Source: Archaeoglobaceae archaeon
GTDB taxonomy: Archaea; Halobacteriota; Archaeoglobi; Archaeoglobales; Archaeoglobaceae
Direction: 5' to 3'
DNA length: 64,000 nt
NCBI GenBank assembly: GCA_015520485.1
Contig: WAPX01000053.1
Span: forward strand, 27,336-91,335
This document shows, piece after piece, positions 56,923-64,000 of the stretch (position 1 is its first letter; the number at the start of each line of letters is the position of its first letter). The translations under genes and the position numbers were made by a program. The notes below the pieces were generated by a model, which saw nothing but the letters and a program-made list of their open reading frames with translations, was not told where the DNA came from and made no database searches.

Positions 56923-57750
56923 GTGATTGATATGACTGGCTCGAGTGCGATATACGGTAAAACAGAAGGTAAAACGGTCATTAAAGAGCTCAAAAACAGG
57001 AAAGGCGTTTCAAGCGTACTCGGCTATACCTTAATACTTGGAATAATCATACTCGTTTTATCGATAATTTTTGTGCACACATACGCAATGGTTAATCAGG
57101 CAAAAGAAAAAGTAAGATATGGCAGCATGGCTCAGGGTTTTGAAAAGATACAGAACACTGTAAACTACGTTGCTTACTCAGGAACGAGCGAGAGGTACGT
57201 AAGAATACTGCTGAACGAAGGGAGCTTAGCTGTTACGAAGGGGTGCAGGATAAACATATCCGTTTACAACACCACGAGTGCGACTCCCGTTTACAGTTGT
57301 TCCACTTATTCAGGGGCAGTAGACTACTCCTACGGGAACTACAGGATTGCTTTTGAGAACGGTGGCGTCTGGCTGAGCAGTCATGGAATGGCTACCATCG
57401 TTTCCTCGCCAAGAATATTTATATACAAGAAGATAGTAAACAATCAAACTATTTTCTTCATGACCCTTACTCTCATAAACGGTAAGGGTTCTGCTGGAGG
57501 TAACAGCTTTGCAAGCATCTTCGTTAAGTTTAACTCATCTCAGGTAAAAGTTTTTGGACCGGGTTACGTCAGCATAAACATAACTTCAGACTTTGCAAGA
57601 GCATGGTACGAGTACTTCAACAGCCTGAAAAACGGTCAGGGAAACGCAGCTTCCATACAGACAAGCCTCAGGGGAAACAACGTTTACGTGACGATACACT
57701 TTTCCGAAATGATACTGACTTCGTACAGGCTCAACGTGAGTGTGAGCTGA
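56923..57750 (+). CDS. type IV pilin-like protein (archaeal pilin N-terminal, DUF1628-type)
   Basis: KNRKG|VSSVLGYTLILGIIILVLSIIF. Confidence 0.65.
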   Translation: MIDMTGSSAIYGKTEGKTVIKELKNRKGVSSVLGYTLILGIIILVLSIIFVHTYAMVNQAKEKVRYGSMAQGFEKIQNTVNYVAYSGTSERYVRILLNEGSLAVTKGCRINISVYNTTSATPVYSCSTYSGAVDYSYGNYRIAFENGGVWLSSHGMATIVSSPRIFIYKKIVNNQTIFFMTLTLINGKGSAGGNSFASIFVKFNSSQVKVFGPGYVSINITSDFARAWYEYFNSLKNGQGNAASIQTSLRGNNVYVTIHFSEMILTSYRLNVSVS

Positions 57751-58133
57751 TGCTGTCCTACATTTTAGTCGTCAGAGTAATGGAAGATTTCGTAACCACT
57801 GTTGGCTCTATCGGCGAGATAAATTTCAGGAAAGGGTATTACATGTACGTCGGGAGTGCGAATACTGGCATTTCGAGAATATGCAGGCACTTCAGGAAAG
57901 AGAAAAAACTGAGATGGCACATAGATTACCTGACGACTTCCAGATTTGCAGAACCCGTCTGTGCTTACTTATTTGATAGGGAGGAATGCTACCTCTCCAA
58001 AATGCTATCAGAAGAATACGCAGGCGTGAAGGGTTTTGGCTGTTCAGACTGCAGGTGCCACACGCACCTTTACTACTCCCGGGAAATGCCCGCTTTTAAA
58101 GCCAAGGTGTTATACCCCGAGGATTGCCTGTAA
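57750..58133 (+). CDS. GIY-YIG superfamily DUF123-like protein
   Basis: GYYMYVGSANTGISRICRHFRKEKKLRWHIDYL pattern plus the C-terminal CSDCRCHTHLY. The ATG overlaps the TGA of the last pilin gene (cTGATGc). The track ORF start at 57603 lies inside the pilin gene. Confidence 0.6.
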   Translation: MLSYILVVRVMEDFVTTVGSIGEINFRKGYYMYVGSANTGISRICRHFRKEKKLRWHIDYLTTSRFAEPVCAYLFDREECYLSKMLSEEYAGVKGFGCSDCRCHTHLYYSREMPAFKAKVLYPEDCL

Positions 58134-58178
58134 ATTGCTGGTTGAGAACTTCAAAAGCTGAACGCCAAATTTGATAAC

Positions 58179-58649
58179 CTAAGTTTGACGGTTTAAAACT
58201 GATAAAAACCCTTCAGAGTCTCTAACACCAAAAACGTAGTTTCTTTCAGCTTTAAGCATGACGAGGTCTCTTCTCTTTCTTGAGTAAACGAGAGCTGTTT
58301 CTCCATTAACGATGAACACGCCGTACCACCCGAAAAGACCTGCTGTGCCTATTAAAAGGCCTCTGTCAAGCTTTTCCACCATTTCAACTTCCTTAACTCT
58401 GCACCTTATACGAGTGCTGCCGAGTATCCTGTTCACCTTTATGAGGTTGCCGTCCGCTGAACTGTTTTCGACTTCAACCGATGTTGGCATCATTAGAAAG
58501 AGAAGCATTACCGCAAGAGCAAGGAAAGTGAAAAGCAGGGTTTCTCTGTATCCTGATTTCAGACAGTAAACGCCGAAAGTGGCCAGCAGGAGCAGGCCTG
58601 TTGCTGTAATTTTCTTCGTACTCTCATCAAAGTCGAGCTCGAACTTCAT
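58179..58649 (-). CDS. membrane protein with bacterial-PH-like domain
   Basis: Two TM helices followed by a beta-rich domain of about 90 aa. Weak assignment. Confidence 0.35.
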   Translation of the reverse strand: MKFELDFDESTKKITATGLLLLATFGVYCLKSGYRETLLFTFLALAVMLLFLMMPTSVEVENSSADGNLIKVNRILGSTRIRCRVKEVEMVEKLDRGLLIGTAGLFGWYGVFIVNGETALVYSRKRRDLVMLKAERNYVFGVRDSEGFLSVLNRQT

Positions 58650-58653
58650 GGTT

Positions 58654-59337
58654 TCATCCTGTTAATACTCTCACGAGCCTCGGGTTTTTCTCCAAAACAA
58701 CTCTGAATCCGAGTTTTTTTAAGAACTTACCTGTGTTCGAATCCGGAGCGTGAAGCAAAACCTCAAGCAAATCATCGGGAGTGTCAACATCGCAGCCGGC
58801 AAAGAAAGAGTCGAAGATTTTGAGCTTTAAATTCATGAATCTGGCTGTGCTGACGTGTTTGACAAAGCTACCGTAGTGGTAACTCGTCCTGAAAGGCTTT
58901 CTTACCAGCAGCATGTTTGTTCCACCCCTCCTGCCCGGAGCAATTACAACATCCCCTTCCTCCTGCAGAAACTTTCTTAAGATTTTCTCGTTGAGCAGGG
59001 GCAAGTCGGAAACTATTACCGCCACAGGTGATGAGTTGATAAGATCGTTCAGCACATCGTTTATCGCCGTGTTCAGGTCTCTCGTATCAACCTGAAGTTT
59101 CGCAGGTTTCAGCTTTCTTTGCATTTCCTCAATTTTCTCGTCGCTCTGAAGCAGGATTACCACATCTCTAACACCTGAATTGAATACCGTTTTCAGCACG
59201 TCGATGAGCATGAAAAATGCAAGCTCTTCCCTCTCTTTTCTATTCAGAAACAGGGAAAGTCTCGATTTTGGATTTAACTGCCGGAAGGGAATTACAGCAA
59301 CAACTTCTGCAACGACTTCTGCCATAACCTCCACCAC
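58654..59337 (-). CDS. cofC: 2-phospho-L-lactate guanylyltransferase (F420 biosynthesis)
   Basis: AVIPFRQLNPKSRLS...MLIDVL N-terminal signature and a later GGTN motif. Confidence 0.8.
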   Translation of the reverse strand: MVEVMAEVVAEVVAVIPFRQLNPKSRLSLFLNRKEREELAFFMLIDVLKTVFNSGVRDVVILLQSDEKIEEMQRKLKPAKLQVDTRDLNTAINDVLNDLINSSPVAVIVSDLPLLNEKILRKFLQEEGDVVIAPGRRGGTNMLLVRKPFRTSYHYGSFVKHVSTARFMNLKLKIFDSFFAGCDVDTPDDLLEVLLHAPDSNTGKFLKKLGFRVVLEKNPRLVRVLTG

Positions 59338-59447
59338 TGTGTTTTGTTCAGGTCTGCTTTTTACCGCTTCGCTTTATTGCCCGTTCAGCGTTTGAATCAA
59401 TCCGTCAGCTTGATTAGCATCTGTCAGCATCCGGTTAATCCGGAAGG

Positions 59448-60368
59448 TCAGCCGAGAAGCATGACCTTTGCTATTGAATATGTCAGGATAAACGCCAGCG
59501 CTGGAGATAAAACCCACATAGACACTATTTTCTTTATCAGCTTTACTCTAACGGTATTGACTCCCTTTAACAGCCCGACACCAACTATGCCCCCTATGAG
59601 ACAGTACGTGGTTGATACGGGCATGCCGAGAACTGTGAAGAGAAACACCGTGAGACCGGCAGAACTCTGGGCAGAAAATCCGGAGAGGGGGTCGAGAGTG
59701 GTTATGTTTTTTCCCACGGTCTCAATAACCCTGCCGCCAAGCAGCAGAGCTCCGGCAAAGAGCGAAGCTGAACCGACAACTGACGCTTCGAAGTGCGGGA
59801 GCAAACCTGAGGAAACAACGGGAGCTAAAGCCGCTGCGAGCTCATTCGCTCCTGTGTTGTAGGCAACGAGAATTCCGCTGAGTATCAGCATCACGTAGAT
59901 CAACCTCTCGGCAAAGAATACGGGAACTCTCGATAGAACTCTCTCAAGTGCGATGTAAACGAGAATTGCGAGTACCATGGCACCTGCCGGTGAAATTACC
60001 CACGACATGATTATGGAAGCTAAAATCCCGAACTTTGCCGTACCTACGGCAAATCCGGCACCGGCCATGCTTCCAATTATTGCCTGATGACTCGATATCG
60101 GGAGTTTTCTCCAGTTCAGGAGTACTATCATTCCGGCAGAAACCACGAGCACAACCAGAATGAGCGTGCTGTTGAGCTTCGCTATACTTCCAACTGTCTC
60201 CAGTACCTTTCTCTGCGTCAGAGAGCCGAGAGTGACGAATATTCCTATCAGCAGAATTGCTGACCTGAAACTTATAACTCCACATCCCACCGGAACGCCA
60301 AAAGCGTTTGAAGTGTTGTTCGAACCTATGCTGAAGGCTATAATCGAGGCGACGATTTCAGATAGCAT
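59448..60368 (-). CDS. PiT-family inorganic phosphate transporter
   Basis: 306 aa, polytopic. GSNNTSNAFG and GANELAAALAP repeats are typical of PiT. Confidence 0.85.
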   Translation of the reverse strand: MLSEIVASIIAFSIGSNNTSNAFGVPVGCGVISFRSAILLIGIFVTLGSLTQRKVLETVGSIAKLNSTLILVVLVVSAGMIVLLNWRKLPISSHQAIIGSMAGAGFAVGTAKFGILASIIMSWVISPAGAMVLAILVYIALERVLSRVPVFFAERLIYVMLILSGILVAYNTGANELAAALAPVVSSGLLPHFEASVVGSASLFAGALLLGGRVIETVGKNITTLDPLSGFSAQSSAGLTVFLFTVLGMPVSTTYCLIGGIVGVGLLKGVNTVRVKLIKKIVSMWVLSPALAFILTYSIAKVMLLG

Positions 60369-60384
60369 GTCTCTCCCTGAAGCG

Positions 60385-61038
60385 TTAACGCAGACTGACG
60401 TTGAGAATCTGAATTAGGTCCGCTGCATCTTCAATTATGTCGCTCACGTAAACGAGGTGGTCTATAAAATCCGAAAGAATTTTTCCCTCCCAGTAGCTGC
60501 TGACCTCCCTCTCCACCAGTTTTTCGTATATTCTGTTCCTCAAGATGTCAACCTCTTTCTCTCTTGTCCTTATCTTTACAGTTCTGTTTTCAAGCCCCTC
60601 CCCACTTTTTAAACCATCGAAAGCTTCTGCGAGGTCTCTGCTCATCTTTACATTTATCTTTGCCACCCTCACGCACATCTCTCTGAGCTCTTCGTCGAGG
60701 TGCAGGTTGAGTCTCAAGTAGTCTATTGCCGTGTCTTCGAGCATGTCGAGTATTTCGTCAACCGTTTCAGCGAGCTTGTAAAGAGTCCCCCTCATGGCAG
60801 GGAGAAAAGCACCTCCGTAGAGTTTAAGAGCTATTTCCCTTCTTATTCTATCCCCGGTTCTTTCGAGTTCGCACACCTGATTGAAAAGACCCTTATCATC
60901 GGTCTCGAGTGCCTTCAAAAAGACCTCGCAGGCGAGCTTTACAGTATTCATGTGTCTTCTGAAAAGCTCCACAACCTCTCTCTCAGTCCTGCCAAACGAG
61001 AACCTTCTTAAAAACCTCATTGTCTGTTGTGAGTGCAC
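60385..61038 (-). CDS. DUF47/PhoU-like phosphate transport regulator
   Basis: 217-aa helical-bundle protein in the canonical pairing upstream of pit. Confidence 0.8.
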   Translation of the reverse strand: MHSQQTMRFLRRFSFGRTEREVVELFRRHMNTVKLACEVFLKALETDDKGLFNQVCELERTGDRIRREIALKLYGGAFLPAMRGTLYKLAETVDEILDMLEDTAIDYLRLNLHLDEELREMCVRVAKINVKMSRDLAEAFDGLKSGEGLENRTVKIRTREKEVDILRNRIYEKLVEREVSSYWEGKILSDFIDHLVYVSDIIEDAADLIQILNVSLR

Positions 61039-61065
61039 AGAAAGTTATAACACTTTGCCGAAAAA

Positions 61066-62493
61066 TTGATTTTTCTCACCAGCTCATTACAGGTAATGAA
61101 TGTTTTTGAGGAAGCGAGGAGAGAGCTGTACTTTCCACCGGTTCGGTTCAGGCTGGTTGATGGAGAGAGGATATGGCTCAACTTTGCGGGCAGATACAGG
61201 AAGCCCGAGGTCGCTGCTGGTAGAGGTGTTTTCTTCAAGTTCTCAAATTCAGCACTTAAAGGTCTTTTCCAGCTCTCTCTTGCTAGGTGGATGAAACACC
61301 CGTATTCCCTGAAAGTCGCTCTGCTTGAGGAGTTCTGGTTAAAGAATTACGAAAAGAGAAAGAGAATCGTGGAGTTGTTCGACACCGTGGTATGCGCGCT
61401 CTACCTGATTGGAAGAGGTTGCTACGCTGTCAGATCAGCAATGGTTGAGGCCATGTGCTCTGATAAAGCTAATACTGCTGTTAAGGCTTACCTCTCGAGA
61501 AAAACAGGGCTTAACTTTGGAGGAAAACTGGATGACGAAGAAGTCAGGAAAGCGGTTGGGGCAATGGAAAAAATAAGCTTCGAAAGGTGCTCGAATCTGG
61601 AGGTGCTGAGACAGAACCTGCAATCCTTTGCAGAAATAATAGACAACTTGATAGAGAGCAACAAGGAGGAAATGCTCGAATTCAACATAAGTGCTGTGGA
61701 TAAAGCAATTCAGGAAGTCGCGGGAGAGGTTGGAGTTAAGGAGTTCAGAGAAATTTCGGAATACTTTGGAGTTGGAAAGGGTGCTGGAGATGAGAGAAGT
61801 GCCGACGTGAGGTGGTACATGCAGAGGAGTGCGAGGTACAGCGTGAGAGTTGAAGGTTCCGTGAACGCGGGAAACTATCCCGGTAGACTGGTGGATTTTT
61901 CACCGGACGAGGGGGTGGAGACTTTCTCTCCGGTGGAAAGCCTTGGAAAAGTCCTTCCGGGAATTGCAAAAATGCACAGGCCTGAGGGGTTTGAGGGCAG
62001 GGGAAACGAGAGCAGAAATGCCGTAATAATTCTCGATTCTTCTGGCAGTATGAAAAATCCCGAGAGCGGGAGCTGTGCGATAATCGGAGCTTTTGCAATA
62101 GCGAGGAAGTACATGGAAACGGGTGGTAAGGTTGGAGTCGTAAACTTCTCGTGGAAAACCAAATGCCTCAAACCGAGCAGGAGCGAGGACGTTTTCAAAG
62201 TCTTAGCGGAATATCAGGGTGGAGGGACTGAGCTTAAAGCCGATGTCGTTGTCGATTACGTGAGGAGTGAGGCTGAGGGTTACGACGTCATACTGATAAC
62301 GGATGCGGGAATAGACAACCTCGGAGAGGTAAAGGAAATGCTCAAAAAGCTGAAGGAAATCGGATGCAGGAACTACGTGATATGGATATCTTCAGAGGCT
62401 TTCAGGAGGCAGAAAGACGAACTGTCGAAGCACGCCAGGGTGATACCGGTAAGTGATGAAAGAGACATACCCAAAATAGCAATCACGATTTAA
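61066..62493 (+). CDS. cytoplasmic protein with C-terminal vWA domain
   Basis: No signal peptide. Helical N-terminal region of about 300 aa. vWA with a complete MIDAS (ILDSSGSM, GGGTEL, LITDAG). The likely start is MNVFEE at nt 61096. Confidence 0.7.
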   Translation: MIFLTSSLQVMNVFEEARRELYFPPVRFRLVDGERIWLNFAGRYRKPEVAAGRGVFFKFSNSALKGLFQLSLARWMKHPYSLKVALLEEFWLKNYEKRKRIVELFDTVVCALYLIGRGCYAVRSAMVEAMCSDKANTAVKAYLSRKTGLNFGGKLDDEEVRKAVGAMEKISFERCSNLEVLRQNLQSFAEIIDNLIESNKEEMLEFNISAVDKAIQEVAGEVGVKEFREISEYFGVGKGAGDERSADVRWYMQRSARYSVRVEGSVNAGNYPGRLVDFSPDEGVETFSPVESLGKVLPGIAKMHRPEGFEGRGNESRNAVIILDSSGSMKNPESGSCAIIGAFAIARKYMETGGKVGVVNFSWKTKCLKPSRSEDVFKVLAEYQGGGTELKADVVVDYVRSEAEGYDVILITDAGIDNLGEVKEMLKKLKEIGCRNYVIWISSEAFRRQKDELSKHARVIPVSDERDIPKIAITI

Positions 62494-62507
62494 TAATTTG
62501 GGAGGAG

Positions 62508-63302
62508 TTGAAGGTGAAGGAGAGTGCGAGGAAAGAGATGCTAAAGGACGTTTTAAAAGGATTTGAAGAAAGAGAAGTTAAGCTGGAAAAGCTCGGGGAA
62601 GAGAAGAGTTTGAACGAGCTGAAAAACATAGTTTTACACTACCTCGATCTGGAGCTGAAGGGGGAATTTCAGCTTAAACCGAATAAAGTTTTTGAGCTTG
62701 GCAGAAAGATGAGAAACGAGCACTCTCTGACTCTGAAGGACGTGGAAAGGCTCGTAAACTTCGCTACTCCTGATGCGTTTAAAGAGAGGACAGGAGATAT
62801 AAAAATGAGGCTGTGCCACCAGTTTTACGAAAATTACCTTGGATACTTCGTTTCCGGGCTGTACCACGACATAATAGGAGATAGAAGGCTTAGAATAGAT
62901 TTATCAAAGTTACCAGGGTTTATAATAAGGAGCAGAATTGGCGTTAAATGGGGTTTCGGCTACAAACACCCGGGAGGGGTGCTGATCATTTCCGGTTATG
63001 CTGGAGGCTACCTGGGAGAAAAGATGAGAGGCGGTACAATAATTGCCAGCGGATACACAGGAGATTACGTTGGAAAGGACATGAAGGGGGGAAAAATTGT
63101 GCTCAAGGGAAATACCGGCTGGAGACTTGGGGATGGTATGAGTGGTGGAAAAATAGTTGTTGTGGGAAATGCCGGGGAATTCGTTGGAATAAACATGAAA
63201 TCTGGATTGATAAGAGTTAAGGGAAAAGTCTTATCCTTTGGAAGGAGAACGGGCGGAAAAATCGAGGTCTGGAAAGATAGGGGGTGGGTTGAGGTTCAAT
63301 AG
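62508..63302 (+). CDS. GXGXG-motif beta-helix protein (FwdC / glutamate synthase C-terminal domain-like)
   Basis: Repeats GYAGGYLGEKMRGGTIIASGYTGDYVGKDMKGGKIVLKGNTGWRLGDGMSGGKIVVVGNAGEFVGINMKSGLIRVKG. The N-terminal 130 aa are unassigned. GGGAGGAG lies 5 nt before the start. Confidence 0.8.
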   Translation: MKVKESARKEMLKDVLKGFEEREVKLEKLGEEKSLNELKNIVLHYLDLELKGEFQLKPNKVFELGRKMRNEHSLTLKDVERLVNFATPDAFKERTGDIKMRLCHQFYENYLGYFVSGLYHDIIGDRRLRIDLSKLPGFIIRSRIGVKWGFGYKHPGGVLIISGYAGGYLGEKMRGGTIIASGYTGDYVGKDMKGGKIVLKGNTGWRLGDGMSGGKIVVVGNAGEFVGINMKSGLIRVKGKVLSFGRRTGGKIEVWKDRGWVEVQ

Positions 63303-63383
63303 GTGTTTTTATGTTTTTTAATTGTTGATTTTAATTTTAATTATTTAGATTGATTAACTTGATTAATATATATTAATATATAT

Positions 63384-64000
63384 TTAGATATCTCCAAGCT
63401 CTCCGAGATACGTTCCATCGAGCATTGTGGCTTTCATCGATTTCAAATTCAGGTTTCTCAAAATTCCCGGAGCTTTTTCCACGTTTAAAGCTGTTGAGGC
63501 GCAGACTTCGTTAAAAGCAGGTAAAACCGTTACGTTTCTTCTCTTTTCCTCTATCTCCAGCTCCCCTTCGAGCCAGACCTGCTCCTTTATGCCTCCTGCT
63601 CCGTGCCTTATCAGTACAGCTGGATGAACGTGCCCCATCACGATGTGCCTGCTCTCGGTTTCCGGTTTCGCGTGCCCGTGCAGAATGCAGTACCTGCCTA
63701 CCTCCAGTTCTCTGACACCGTCCAGACCACCGTCGTGGTTTCCCTTTACGAGAGCAAGGTTTACAAGTTCTTTAAGCCTCAGGAACTCACTCACCTCCCT
63801 TCGCGCAGGTGCAATCGGGTGTTTGAAGTCCCCTGCAATAACAAGCTCGCTCGCATTGCAATCTTCGCAGAGCTTTACGAGAGAGTTGACGAGCTCGCGG
63901 TCGATGTAGCCACCTATACCAATGTGCAGGTCGGCTACGACAACAATCCTGCTCCTGCCTTTTAACAGCAGTGCCGGAATGCCGGCAATTTTCAGGAGCT
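63384..64000 (-). CDS. metallophosphoesterase (calcineurin-like), partial at window edge
   Basis: The frame is open beyond the track start. ADLHIG, AGDF, GNHD, LHGH and GHVHP motifs occur in order. The N-terminus lies outside the window. Confidence 0.8.
   Translation of the reverse strand, partial: LLKIAGIPALLLKGRSRIVVVADLHIGIGGYIDRELVNSLVKLCEDCNASELVIAGDFKHPIAPARREVSEFLRLKELVNLALVKGNHDGGLDGVRELEVGRYCILHGHAKPETESRHIVMGHVHPAVLIRHGAGGIKEQVWLEGELEIEEKRRNVTVLPAFNEVCASTALNVEKAPGILRNLNLKSMKATMLDGTYLGELGDI

Noticed and set aside
57603-57749. N-terminal extension of the DUF123 ORF
   Set aside because: It lies inside the last pilin gene in another frame. The DUF123-like similarity begins only after the ATG at 57750.
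63303-63383. AT-rich tandem TTAATATATA-type repeats
   Set aside because: This is a short, low-complexity spacer between convergent genes. It is most simply a bidirectional termination region, with too few units for any repeat-array interpretation.

Overview
The window looks archaeal. It has tightly overlapping operons, Fqo/Fpo-type complex I, fibrillarin, diphthine synthase, Nob1, a four-subunit 2-oxoacid:ferredoxin oxidoreductase and CofC. Menaquinone/F420 genes together with heavily sequon-decorated multihaem c-type cytochromes suggest an Archaeoglobales lineage (Ferroglobus/Geoglobus-like); this is inference only. Most of 0-37 kb is core metabolism: SpoVG, a prenyl synthase with an Mqn radical-SAM enzyme, biotin carboxylase, a GT3-like glycogen synthase, tRNA-Ala, two multihaem cytochromes, a 10-gene nuo/fqo operon (J-K-M-L-N-A-BC-D-H-I), glnA, porGDAB, tatC, dph5 and argG. 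Two decayed IS6-like transposase remnants lie at about 12.0-12.5 kb and 38.1-38.6 kb; the second abuts an AT-rich stretch of frameshifted and orphan genes. The most unusual part is 46.6-58.1 kb. It holds a MinD/ParA ATPase, two paralogous membrane-anchored wHTH proteins, a large CARDB-like surface protein and a dedicated Sec11/SipW-type signal peptidase. It also holds an operon of six class-III-signal (type IV pilin-like) proteins, one a 793-aa PKD+vWA protein with a split vWA domain. No assembly ATPase, platform protein or prepilin peptidase occurs anywhere in the window. Other points of interest are a thioredoxin-fold lipoprotein carrying haem-binding motifs, a well-formed C/D box sRNA candidate between dph5 and argG, and a cytoplasmic vWA + GXGXG beta-helix gene pair. 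All calls come from reading motifs by eye; no database search was run.
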